A stretch of 64,000 nt of DNA from Patescibacteria group bacterium (lineage in GTDB: Bacteria; Patescibacteriota; Patescibacteriia; UBA1558), in NCBI GenBank assembly GCA_016784445.1, contig JADHUR010000003.1, positions 2,590-66,589 on the forward strand, read 5' to 3'. The position numbers were made by a program, and so were the translations under genes. This document shows positions 30,005 to 38,956 of the stretch, one piece after another. Under the pieces are notes generated by a model. The model saw only the letters and a program-made list of their open reading frames with translations, was not told the origin of the DNA and ran no database searches. Position 1 is the first letter of the stretch; every line of letters starts with the position of its first letter.

Positions 30005-31146
30005 AGCAAATATTATACATACTGAGTTTTTTAATTCTACTATTACCGGGAGTAGTTTTTGCAGTAGATTATGATTTGTCTGTTAGTAGTTCAGATATAT
30101 CTTTTTCAGAGAATCTTTTAATCGCAGGCGATACTGTCCGTATATATGCAACTGTACATAATGTAGGTTCTCAGGATGTTCGTGGGTATATAACTTTCTT
30201 TCAAGGTTCTGCTGTTATTGATGATTCGCAAATATTATCTATTAGACCTGGAAGTAAATCTGATGCTTGGGTAGATTTTGTAGTACCAAGTAGCGAGTTC
30301 AATATTTTAGCTCGTATACAAGGTACAACACCAGCAGATCAGAACTCAAATAATGATCAAGCATTAACAGCTTTAATAAGACCAGATATAGATACAGATA
30401 GAGATGGTATTGCTAATGCAATAGATCCTGATGATGATAATGATGGCCTAACAGATATTCAAGAAAGAGCGGGAGGCACTGATCCATTAAAGGTAGATAC
30501 AGATGATGATGGTTCAAATGATAAAGTAGATATTTTTCCATTAGATCCTAATGAGAAGATGGATTCAGATAATGATGGTATTGGTAATAATGCGGACCCA
30601 GATGATGATAATGATGGACTTACAGATATAGAGGAGGATATTAATGGAACAGATCCATTAAAGGCAGATACAGACGGTGATGGAGTAAATGATAAGGAAG
30701 ATAATTATCCACTAGATTCTAGTCGCTTTGAAATTGCTAGAGATATTTTTGAACCAACAGATAATGAAGATGAAGATATTCAAGAGGTAGAAACTGGTAA
30801 TGAAACATTACTAGATATTATAAGTGATGAGGTGGATAAGATTAAAGATAGTGATTCTGATGATTTAATCAAACATGAAAAAGTATTATCTATTGATGGT
30901 CCAAAAGTAGATGAAAGTAATGAAAATAATAATATCTTAGATTTAATTACTAATTGGTGGTTTTGGTTAACAATTAGTGGTATAATTCTATTAATAATAG
31001 TTGTTTACTATATCTATATAATCATTGTTAATCGCAATGTCGAAGGATTTGAAGAAACAATGCCAATATTAAAAGAAGCTAAAAAAGTTAAATCTAATAG
31101 AGAACCGGAAATATTAGATTTACGTAAAATTAAAAGAAAAAAGTGA
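30001..31146 (+). CDS. cell-surface protein with CARDB-like domain, thrombospondin type 3-like Ca-binding repeats and C-terminal TM
   Basis: Signal peptide; [22 protein letters not shown]; DxDxDG repeats; C-terminal anchor. Confidence 0.85.
   Translation: MKQILYILSFLILLLPGVVFAVDYDLSVSSSDISFSENLLIAGDTVRIYATVHNVGSQDVRGYITFFQGSAVIDDSQILSIRPGSKSDAWVDFVVPSSEFNILARIQGTTPADQNSNNDQALTALIRPDIDTDRDGIANAIDPDDDNDGLTDIQERAGGTDPLKVDTDDDGSNDKVDIFPLDPNEKMDSDNDGIGNNADPDDDNDGLTDIEEDINGTDPLKADTDGDGVNDKEDNYPLDSSRFEIARDIFEPTDNEDEDIQEVETGNETLLDIISDEVDKIKDSDSDDLIKHEKVLSIDGPKVDESNENNNILDLITNWWFWLTISGIILLIIVVYYIYIIIVNRNVEGFEETMPILKEAKKVKSNREPEILDLRKIKRKK
30385..30726 (+). repeat. intragenic tandem duplication of a ~57-aa TSP3-like unit
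   Basis: DxDx[17 protein letters not shown]...GTDPLK.DTD.DG.NDK.D..PLD occurs twice. Confidence 0.8.
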
Positions 31147-32186
31147 GGGAACTTCTAACAGGAAATGATGTAGTAGTAAGAGCCGCATTGAATGCGGGTG
31201 CTTTGGGTTATGCGGGTTATCCAATAACGCCAACTACAGAAATAATGACTGCCTGGAATAGCGCCTCTATTAAAGATAAGAATTTGAGGTTTTTACAAAC
31301 AGAAGATGAAATGTCTGCTGGCTTTGTAACCATTGGTATGATTATGGGAGGCCTTAAAGCTTTTACAGCTACCGGAGGTCCTGGTAATGTACTGATGCAA
31401 GATCCTCTTAATATGGTAGAAAATATGCGTATCCCTTTTGTTGCTGTCATTGGTCAAAGAGGTGGACCATCCACTGGTTCTGTCATATATTCGCAGCAGG
31501 AAGTCATTTTAACAGGCTGGGGAGGTAATTCTGAAGGATATAGAGTTGTATACTCACCAATGAATATACAAGAGCTTTATGATTATACAATTAAAGCATT
31601 TAATACTGCTTGGACATATAGATTCCCAACACTTGTTCTAACTGATGGTTATGTTGTTAAAACCAGGCAAGAAGTTAATATATATAAACCAAAGAAAATA
31701 GTTAAATCATATCCATTATTATTAAAGTCTGAAAAACGTAATCCAAAGAAAGAATCAAATTATGTAAATTTATCAAATACCTTTGTTACTGAAGAAGAAG
31801 CATTTGAAGCAAATAAAGTATTAATGGATGACTTAATGAAAATGAAACCTAAAGTTGTTGAGTCAGAACTATATAAGAAGGGGAGTATTAATACCTTAGT
31901 GATTGCTCATGGTCTTGTTGCTGGAGCTGTTAAAGAAGCTATTAATACAGATGGTAAGAAAATGAAATTTGGCATGCTAAGACCAATTACTTTAAATCCA
32001 TTTCCAGATATTGCTTTAAAGAAGGCATTAAAAGGAATTAAGAAAATTATTATTGTAGAATCAGCTCATAATCAGCTTCTAAAACTTGTTAAAGAAGCTC
32101 TTTATGGTTTAAATATTCCAATTAAACATTATGGTCGACCAGGCCTTGGTGTTACACCTGAAGAAATATTAAAATTAATTAAATAA
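31143..32186 (+). CDS. 2-oxoacid:ferredoxin oxidoreductase alpha subunit
   Basis: [39 protein letters not shown]. Confidence 0.93.
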   Translation: MRELLTGNDVVVRAALNAGALGYAGYPITPTTEIMTAWNSASIKDKNLRFLQTEDEMSAGFVTIGMIMGGLKAFTATGGPGNVLMQDPLNMVENMRIPFVAVIGQRGGPSTGSVIYSQQEVILTGWGGNSEGYRVVYSPMNIQELYDYTIKAFNTAWTYRFPTLVLTDGYVVKTRQEVNIYKPKKIVKSYPLLLKSEKRNPKKESNYVNLSNTFVTEEEAFEANKVLMDDLMKMKPKVVESELYKKGSINTLVIAHGLVAGAVKEAINTDGKKMKFGMLRPITLNPFPDIALKKALKGIKKIIIVESAHNQLLKLVKEALYGLNIPIKHYGRPGLGVTPEEILKLIK

Positions 32187-32188
32187 TT

Positions 32189-32677
32189 ATGAAATTTAAT
32201 AACAAAGGTTTTACATTATTAGAGCTATTAGTGGTAATAGCCATCATTGGACTTTTAAGTACTATTGCTGTTACGTCTTTGAATTCTGCTAGGGTAAAGG
32301 CAAGGGATACAAAACGTCTTGGTGATATGAAAGCTATTCAAACAGCGCAAGAATTTTACTTTGATGAAAATAATACTTATGGATGTTTGGTTAAAGGAGC
32401 TGTTAGTGCATGTAGTGACTTAGATAATTATATGAATCTTGATACTGTTAAGGATGGAAGATGGGCTGATGGTGATAAATGTACCAATACTACAGTGGTA
32501 GCGGGATATGCAGTAACGGATTGCGATTATGCCTTTGCTGTTCCTAATGCAGGGGAAGGTTATAAAGTAGTTTTTTATTTAGAGGGTGCATCTAGTGCCG
32601 GAAATACAGCAGCAACTTTGTGTGGCGTGACGGCTCAAGGTCTTCAATGTCCAGTTGTAGCATATGTAGCACCATAA
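32189..32677 (+). CDS. type IV pilin-like protein
   Basis: KG|FTLLELLVVIAIIGLLS; ARVKARDTKRLGD; six Cys. Confidence 0.92.
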   Translation: MKFNNKGFTLLELLVVIAIIGLLSTIAVTSLNSARVKARDTKRLGDMKAIQTAQEFYFDENNTYGCLVKGAVSACSDLDNYMNLDTVKDGRWADGDKCTNTTVVAGYAVTDCDYAFAVPNAGEGYKVVFYLEGASSAGNTAATLCGVTAQGLQCPVVAYVAP

Positions 32678-32690
32678 TAATTAAATTTAA

Positions 32691-33440
32691 ATGACAAATT
32701 TAAAAATCCCAAAATGTTGGAAAGTTTCATCTAAACCACATAATTTCTGTGCTGGTTGTGGTTATCCTTTAATGTATAAAGCATTAGGATACAATATAGA
32801 TGAACTTAAAATTCAGAATAATACCTTTGTTGGGTTAGATATTGGTTGTGCTTTGCTTTCTTGGGATTTCTTAAATGTAGATACTATGCAAACCCATCAT
32901 GGTAGAACTATACCAGTTGTTGTTGGGCTTAAGAAAACTAAGCCTAAAGCAGTAGGCATTGCAATAGTTGGAGATGGTGGTGGTTATGCAATTGGAGCAC
33001 AGCATTTAATTAATGCACGTATGCGTAATGAACCTATTACGGTAATTGTTATCAATAATGCTGTATATGGCATGACAGGTGGTCAAGAGGCACCAACCTC
33101 ATTACCAGGCCAAAAGACATCTACAACAGTAGCTGGGGCAGATTCACACCTTATACAAGGTCCTAGAATGTTATCTGAGATGCTGGATGAGGAGGTATAT
33201 ATTGCAAGAACTTCAGTAGATAATCCGGTACAAATGAAAAACTATATCCGTAAAGCCTTAGAGTGGCAAATAAATAATAATGGATTCTCACTGGTTGAAG
33301 TATTATCTTTTTGTCCAACTAATTGGCATACAGATGCTAAGGAAACAAGAGAGTTTTTAAATAGAATGAAAAAGCAGTATCCAGTCGGTGAATTTAAAGC
33401 TGCAAAACGTAAACCTAAAGAAGATGCATCACTTGAATAG
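32691..33440 (+). CDS. 2-oxoacid:ferredoxin oxidoreductase beta subunit (TPP-binding)
   Basis: FCAGCG, DIGC, HGR, GDGG...NNAVYGMTGGQ, EVLSFCPTNW. Confidence 0.93.
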   Translation: MTNLKIPKCWKVSSKPHNFCAGCGYPLMYKALGYNIDELKIQNNTFVGLDIGCALLSWDFLNVDTMQTHHGRTIPVVVGLKKTKPKAVGIAIVGDGGGYAIGAQHLINARMRNEPITVIVINNAVYGMTGGQEAPTSLPGQKTSTTVAGADSHLIQGPRMLSEMLDEEVYIARTSVDNPVQMKNYIRKALEWQINNNGFSLVEVLSFCPTNWHTDAKETREFLNRMKKQYPVGEFKAAKRKPKEDASLE

Positions 33441-33972
33441 AAAATTAAATATTTGTATAGCTGGAGAAGGTGGCCAAGGTGCTCAATCGGTTGCTAAGAT
33501 TATTGTAAATGCTGCCTATGCTCAGAAAGTACCCGTTGCTTATGTTCCAAATTATGGTGTAGAGCAAAGGGGTGGTGTTTCTATTGCTTTTGTACGTTTA
33601 TCTCCAGAGCCAATCTCTTATCCTAAATTTGATAAGGCAGATATAATGGTATTATTATCTGATAGATCTGTAGATAGGGTTAAGCAACATATTGGTCCAA
33701 ATACAAATGTATTTTACAATAAAGATTTTGTAGATAGAAAATTACCTAAAAAATATATTGGTTATAATTTTAATAAACAAGCTCAAGAGATGGGTAGTAC
33801 AAGACTATTTAATATGATAGTTCTTGGTCTTGTTGTTAAAACTATGGATTCAATTCCACTTCAGACAATTATTAATCATGCACATAAGAAATTTGCGAGT
33901 AAATATACAGCTAAACCTGAAATGAAAAAACTCAATGAAGAAGCTATTAAATATGGATATAATTTAGTATGA
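33424..33972 (+). CDS. 2-oxoacid:ferredoxin oxidoreductase gamma subunit
   Basis: IAGEGGQG, YGVEQRGG.S, NMIVLG, N.EA..YGY; start uncertain (ATG 33424 or TTG 33433). Confidence 0.9.
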   Translation: MHHLNRKLNICIAGEGGQGAQSVAKIIVNAAYAQKVPVAYVPNYGVEQRGGVSIAFVRLSPEPISYPKFDKADIMVLLSDRSVDRVKQHIGPNTNVFYNKDFVDRKLPKKYIGYNFNKQAQEMGSTRLFNMIVLGLVVKTMDSIPLQTIINHAHKKFASKYTAKPEMKKLNEEAIKYGYNLV

Positions 33973-34256
33973 AGGTAAAAAAAGATTTTAAAACATATAG
34001 AAAAGAGAATAAAGAGATGATTTATGATAATCATTTAGATTTATGTAAGAGTTGTGGTCTTTGTATTGAATTTTGTCCAGTTAATTGTATTAAATATCAT
34101 GAAAAGAATTTAGGTAGATTTGGTAGTCCAGCCATTGATGCAGATTTAGATATTTGTATTAAATGCGGCATGTGTGAGCGTATTTGTCCAGATGCTGCTA
34201 TTAGTATAGAAATAAAGAAAGCCAGAGCTAAGAAAGAGAAAGTTGTTAATAAATAG
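33969..34256 (+). CDS. oxidoreductase delta subunit / 2[4Fe-4S] ferredoxin
   Basis: CKSCGLCIEFCP and CIKCGMCERICP. Confidence 0.92.
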   Translation: MKVKKDFKTYRKENKEMIYDNHLDLCKSCGLCIEFCPVNCIKYHEKNLGRFGSPAIDADLDICIKCGMCERICPDAAISIEIKKARAKKEKVVNK

Positions 34257-34267
34257 CTAAGTAAATA

Positions 34268-34295
34268 TTGACAGTACTTAGCGAGGTGCTAAACT
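34268..34295 (+). promoter_or_regulatory. sigma70 promoter of peptide-radical SAM unit
   Basis: TTGACA-16 nt-TAAACT with TG extension. Confidence 0.6.
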
Positions 34296-34363
34296 AAAAT
34301 TAGCTTATTAAAAAATTAATATTGTTTATTAGAATAGTACATATCCAAGAAAGGTGACTCAAC

Positions 34364-34453
34364 ATGGATAAGAAGAAAAAAAAGACCGCAAAACAGGTCA
34401 AAAAACGCGTAAAAGTACGCATTGGTAAGGGTAGTTGCAGTATTTGTGATTAA
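34364..34453 (+). CDS. 29-aa putative RiPP precursor peptide MDKKKKKTAKQVKKRVKVRIGKGSCSICD
   Basis: Manual translation; AAGAAAGGTGA RBS; promoter upstream; hairpin then radical SAM/SPASM gene downstream. Confidence 0.7.
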   Translation: MDKKKKKTAKQVKKRVKVRIGKGSCSICD

Positions 34454-34470
34454 CTCTTAAGGAACAAAAG

Positions 34471-34499
34471 AGGGGGAGAATCTAAGATTCTTCCCCTTT
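34471..34499 (+). promoter_or_regulatory. intercistronic stem-loop (leaky terminator or RNA stabiliser)
   Basis: AGGGGGAGAATC-TAA-GATTCTTCCCCT, 12-bp stem with only a short U tail. Confidence 0.65.
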
Positions 34500-34522
34500 A
34501 ACACTCAAAAAGGAGGGTAAAG

Positions 34523-35608
34523 ATGGATTGTCAAGAGAATACACCTCGTTTAGAGGTTGAGACTGATGAGACTATTTATGAAATAGAGTTTGGTCAAGTT
34601 CAGATTGAAATAACTGGACGATGCAATATGAGTTGTCAGCACTGCAGAGCATCACATCAGGTAAAAAGAGACATGCCGATAGAGCAGATTGTGAAAATAA
34701 TGAAATTTGCACGTCAGTTTAGCCCAAATTATAAAGAGGTTATTCTTTCGGGAGGGGAACCTTTACTTCACAATGACTTCACTAGAGTATTACAAGAAGT
34801 TCGCCATAGTGGCGGTGATTCCATAACTTTAACTACAAATGGTTACATGTTAGATGAATCACACTTGGATTCAATCCGTAGCTTAGAATTTGAACGTTTT
34901 GTTCTGTCAGTAAGTATTGATAATTTAAGGTCTTCTCTGCATGATGAGTTTCGCATGAAAGCTGGTGCATTTGATAAAGCTGTTAATGCTTTAAAGATGG
35001 TTGCTTATAGCGACATTCCACACTTAATTCCATCAATGCGTTCTACCATTCAGGCTCAGCAGATTGCCGAGATGGAGGAAATGGTCGTCTTTGCTGACAC
35101 TCTTGGTTGTAAGAGAGTATCATTTTCTGCAATTCATCCAGCCGGAAAAGCAATAACAAGGGATGATTTGTGGATGAATGTAGAACAAAAACGTTCTTTT
35201 TTGAAGGAGGTTTATCGATTGAAAGAAGTATTTCCTCATATTAATGTTACAACCAATGATCCTCTTAAATGCTTGCTCCGAGGCAAGAGTGATCTTGGAC
35301 ATTCAGAGGAATTAGTTTTTGATGGTTGCGGTGCTGCAGCAATAACATTTAATGTGGATTGCAGTGGTAACATGACCCCATGTGCATTACTCAATATTCC
35401 AATGATGAATACTTTTGCCTTAACGATTGAGGAAATGAATGAAGCCTATAGTAGTAGTGACATTGTTAGGAATATGCTAGAGATGAATTTAAGTGGTAAG
35501 TGTGGTGCCTGTGAATTGAAATATCAATGTGGAGGTTGTCGTGCACGAGCACTGATTCAGAATGGAGATTATCTAGCAGAGGATTCGCACTGTTGGATTA
35601 ATGTTTAA
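34523..35608 (+). CDS. radical SAM protein with SPASM domain
   Basis: CNMSCQHC (CxxxCxxC), LSGGEPLL, TTNG, SVSID; SPASM GCGAA..GNMTPC..CGACELKYQCGGCRARA..DSHC; AGGAGG RBS. Confidence 0.95.
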   Translation: MDCQENTPRLEVETDETIYEIEFGQVQIEITGRCNMSCQHCRASHQVKRDMPIEQIVKIMKFARQFSPNYKEVILSGGEPLLHNDFTRVLQEVRHSGGDSITLTTNGYMLDESHLDSIRSLEFERFVLSVSIDNLRSSLHDEFRMKAGAFDKAVNALKMVAYSDIPHLIPSMRSTIQAQQIAEMEEMVVFADTLGCKRVSFSAIHPAGKAITRDDLWMNVEQKRSFLKEVYRLKEVFPHINVTTNDPLKCLLRGKSDLGHSEELVFDGCGAAAITFNVDCSGNMTPCALLNIPMMNTFALTIEEMNEAYSSSDIVRNMLEMNLSGKCGACELKYQCGGCRARALIQNGDYLAEDSHCWINV

Positions 35609-35610
35609 AT

Positions 35611-35651
35611 ATAAGGGTTGAGCTTTCAAAAAGTTTGACCCTTATTTTTTT
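35611..35651 (+). terminator. intrinsic terminator
   Basis: ATAAGGGTTGAGCTTT-CAA-AAAGTTTGACCCTTAT followed by T-run. Confidence 0.8.
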
Positions 35652-35661
35652 ATTATAGTAT

Positions 35662-36144
35662 ATGATGTATAATGATTCTATGAATCAAAGTTTACAGAAT
35701 TTTATAGCAAAAAAATACATAAAACCTGGCAAGGCATTAGATCTAGGTGCTGGTCAGTTTGAAGATGTGAAAGGATTAAGTAAACTTGGGTGGAAAGCTG
35801 AAGGTGTAGATATTAATATGGGAGTTAATCTTGAAGAGTCCTTTTTATCCAAGGAGAAACCGTTTGATTTAGTTTATTCAAACTATCTCATACATAAGTT
35901 AAAAAATTTAGAAGTGTTTATCGAGACTATTTATAATAATTTAACAGAGGGTGGATATTTCTTTATACATACTTTTGATAAGTCAGATGAGAATAGTAAA
36001 TCCGAACTAACGGGAGATCTTTTAATGAAGTTGCTTATTAATAGAGGCTTTAAAGATATTAAAGTTGGGCTATTTGATAAGTATGATGATGCAGAGGGTC
36101 ATCAGCATATGCATAAAATTTTGGAAGTAACTGGTAAAAAATAG
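35662..36144 (+). CDS. class I SAM-dependent methyltransferase (small, TehB-like)
   Basis: KALDLGAG, EGVD, FDLVYS, L.EGGYFFI; start may be the later ATG 35680. Confidence 0.85.
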   Translation: MMYNDSMNQSLQNFIAKKYIKPGKALDLGAGQFEDVKGLSKLGWKAEGVDINMGVNLEESFLSKEKPFDLVYSNYLIHKLKNLEVFIETIYNNLTEGGYFFIHTFDKSDENSKSELTGDLLMKLLINRGFKDIKVGLFDKYDDAEGHQHMHKILEVTGKK

Positions 36145-36149
36145 TATCA

Positions 36150-36260
36150 GTGAAAATAAATTATATTGTAGAAAAATCACACGATACAGAGGAGGATGAG
36201 GAGTATTTACTTAAATTGAAGGTAATGTTGGAAAAATTAGAAGAATTAGTTGAAAAATAG
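36150..36260 (+). CDS. possible 36-aa small ORF or gene remnant
   Basis: GTG start, MKINYIVEKSHDTEEDEEYLLKLKVMLEKLEELVEK*; purine-rich, coding-like. Confidence 0.3.
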   Translation: MKINYIVEKSHDTEEDEEYLLKLKVMLEKLEELVEK

Positions 36261-36324
36261 TGAAGTTTATAAATACTTAATATCCTGGTATAATAAGAGT
36301 TGCTAATACAACTCTTTTTAATTT

Positions 36325-36756
36325 ATGAACAATTTGGAAAAGCCTAAAATGAATAAGGAAATATATGTTGATCCTCGTCACGAGGAGCACGCTTTTGATT
36401 TACCATTTTGGCGGGATAATAAAAAGCTATGGGCTTTGGAGGTTCCAGTTGAGAGTATGGATATCAGTGAATTAATATGGATGTTAGATATACCTCATTG
36501 GGAAGATAAAGAAGGTAATATTGTCATTAAGCCGCAGGATGTTATAGATAATCCAGACAACTATCCATTTCATAAAGATAAGATTAATGAATGCGATACG
36601 TCATATCCAATAGATATTATGAAAAATAAATTGAGTGAGTGGAGAATACTAGACGGACTTCATCGTTATGTGAAATTGATAATGGAGGGTATAACAACAA
36701 TTAAAGTAAGGAAAATTCCACCTGAGATGATTCATCTAACAGCTAAAGAAAAGTAA
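36325..36756 (+). CDS. ParB/Srx-like N-terminal domain protein
   Basis: DTSYPIDI..WRILDGLHRYVKL..G...IKVR. Confidence 0.75.
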   Translation: MNNLEKPKMNKEIYVDPRHEEHAFDLPFWRDNKKLWALEVPVESMDISELIWMLDIPHWEDKEGNIVIKPQDVIDNPDNYPFHKDKINECDTSYPIDIMKNKLSEWRILDGLHRYVKLIMEGITTIKVRKIPPEMIHLTAKEK

Positions 36757-36757
36757 T

Positions 36758-38476
36758 ATGAAATGGAATCTAGCTAAAGCTATTACAAGTAAAGAACTTG
36801 AACAATATCCGGAAGTTAATCCGGTTGTTTTGCAATTATTATTTAATAGGAATCTGCAAGACCAGGAAGAGTTAGATGAATTTATGACACCAGAATATTC
36901 TCAAGATATTCATGATCCATATTTATTTAATGACATGCAAAAGGCTGTAGATAGGCTTATTAAAGCAAGAAAGAATAAAGAGAAGGTTTGTATATTTGGA
37001 GATTATGATGTTGATGGCGTTTGTGGTTCAGTAGTTCTTGCCTCTGCTTTAAAAGAGCTAGGAATAAACTATTTTAGCTATATTCCTCATAGAGATAAAG
37101 AAGGTTATGGTTTAAATGAACTAGCAGTAAATAGAATATCTAAAGAGAAAGCGGATTTAATCATTACAGTAGATTGTGGTATTAGTAATTCTGATGAAGT
37201 AATACTTGCAAAGAAGTTGGGAATAGATACTATTATTACAGATCATCATGATATGCCTAAAGTATTACCAGATACAGTTGCTACTATTCATTGTCGGCTT
37301 CCTGGTGAGAATTATCCTTTTAAGATGCTATCTGGTGGTGGTACTGCTTTTAAGCTAGCTCAAGGACTATTTAGAGCTAAGGAATTTAAACTTAAGGAGA
37401 AAGATATTGAGTCAAAGGAGAAATGGCTTCTCGATTTAGTCGCTCTTAGCACTATTGGTGATATGATGACACTTGTGGGTGAGAATAGAACATTTGTTAA
37501 ATATGGACTAGTTGTATTACAAAAAACTAAAAGACTTGGACTTCAAAAACTATATGAAGGTGCTGGTATTGAGAAAGATAAGATTAGCACGCAAGTAGTT
37601 GGATGGCAGATTAATCCTAGAATAAATGCAGCTGGAAGACTAGAACATGCAAATCTTGCTTTTGATTTACTGACAACAGAGAATGTAGAACAAGCCATTA
37701 TGATGGCCCATCTTTTAAATCAAAGTAATATTGCAAGGCAAAAAGCTACTGAAAGTTCTGTAACAGATGCACTTAATCAAATAAATAAAGAATATGAGGA
37801 AGATGAAGTTCCTAAACAAGCTTTGGTTGTATTTTCTGAAGATTGGCCAGCCGGTATTGTAGGACTAGTTGCTGGTAGACTTGCTCGTAAATACTATAGA
37901 CCAGTTTATGCAATTACAAAGGTTGGTAACAAATATACTGGATCAGGAAGAGGTATTACTGGATTTGATGTTACAGAGGCACTTCATAATTCAGCAAAAC
38001 TTTTAATGAAATTTGGTGGTCATGTCGGAGCTTGTGGTTTTTCTTTAGAACCAGAGAATTTAGTTAATTTTAAAAAAGAGTTGGAGAAATATTCAAATAA
38101 AGAGCTTAGTAAGATAGATTTAATACCTAGTATTGAAGTAGAGGCTGAAATAGATTTAAAGGATTTTACATGGGAACTATTTGAGGCTATTGAAAAGTTT
38201 GAACCATTTGGAGAGGGTAATGAAGAGCCTAATTTCTTAATTAAAGGAGTTAATGTTAAAGATTGGAAGACAGTTGGTTCTGATAGTAAGCATTTGCGTC
38301 TATTTTTAAATAAAGACGGAATGAGTCGTAAAGCTATTGCCTTTGGACTTGGTGAATGGGCTAAGGAATTAAAATTAAATAGTCTGGTAGATATAATATG
38401 TAAAATAGGAGTTAATGAATGGAATGGTAATAGAGAATTACAAATGACTATTCAAGATATGAGAATAATTAAATAA
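36758..38476 (+). CDS. recJ: single-stranded-DNA exonuclease RecJ
   Basis: GDYDVDG, ITVDCG, TDHH, PRINAAGRL, GSGR, FGGH, PFG.GN. Confidence 0.97.
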   Translation: MKWNLAKAITSKELEQYPEVNPVVLQLLFNRNLQDQEELDEFMTPEYSQDIHDPYLFNDMQKAVDRLIKARKNKEKVCIFGDYDVDGVCGSVVLASALKELGINYFSYIPHRDKEGYGLNELAVNRISKEKADLIITVDCGISNSDEVILAKKLGIDTIITDHHDMPKVLPDTVATIHCRLPGENYPFKMLSGGGTAFKLAQGLFRAKEFKLKEKDIESKEKWLLDLVALSTIGDMMTLVGENRTFVKYGLVVLQKTKRLGLQKLYEGAGIEKDKISTQVVGWQINPRINAAGRLEHANLAFDLLTTENVEQAIMMAHLLNQSNIARQKATESSVTDALNQINKEYEEDEVPKQALVVFSEDWPAGIVGLVAGRLARKYYRPVYAITKVGNKYTGSGRGITGFDVTEALHNSAKLLMKFGGHVGACGFSLEPENLVNFKKELEKYSNKELSKIDLIPSIEVEAEIDLKDFTWELFEAIEKFEPFGEGNEEPNFLIKGVNVKDWKTVGSDSKHLRLFLNKDGMSRKAIAFGLGEWAKELKLNSLVDIICKIGVNEWNGNRELQMTIQDMRIIK

Positions 38477-38481
38477 AATAT

Positions 38482-38898
38482 ATGAGTCATAAACATTTAA
38501 ATTTATTTACAGACGGTGGTTCGAGAGGTAATCCTGGACCAGGGGCATGTGGTTATATTATTAAAACAGATGATGGTAAAATCATTGATTCAGGTAATAA
38601 GTATTTAGGAGAGTGTACAAATAATCAAGCAGAGTATCAGGGGTTAATTTTAGGTTTATCTAAAGTCAAAGAAATGAATACGGAAGCTTTATCTGTCTTT
38701 ATGGATAGTGAGCTTATTATTAAACAACTTTTAAGAGAGTATAAAGTGAAGGATAAGATACTTGCTACTCTTTTTGTTAAAGCTTGGAATTTAGGATTAG
38801 ATTTTAAGAAAACAGACTTTAAGCATGTAGCTAGAGAACTAAATAAGGAAGCGGATGCTGAAGTGAATAAAGCTTTAGATCAGCAAAATTTAGCTTAA
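38482..38898 (+). CDS. rnhA: ribonuclease HI
   Basis: FTDGGSRGNPG, TNNQAEY, MDSEL, HV.RE.N.EAD. Confidence 0.93.
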   Translation: MSHKHLNLFTDGGSRGNPGPGACGYIIKTDDGKIIDSGNKYLGECTNNQAEYQGLILGLSKVKEMNTEALSVFMDSELIIKQLLREYKVKDKILATLFVKAWNLGLDFKKTDFKHVARELNKEADAEVNKALDQQNLA

Positions 38899-38956
38899 TT
38901 TAAGCATAATTATAACATTGTCATATCAATGTTTTTATGTTATATTAGCACAAGTT

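Noticed and set aside
30385-30726. Repeats considered as CRISPR or a mobile element
   Set aside because: They are degenerate coding repeats (TSP3-like). No CRISPR array, cas gene, transposase, integrase or tRNA was seen in the window.
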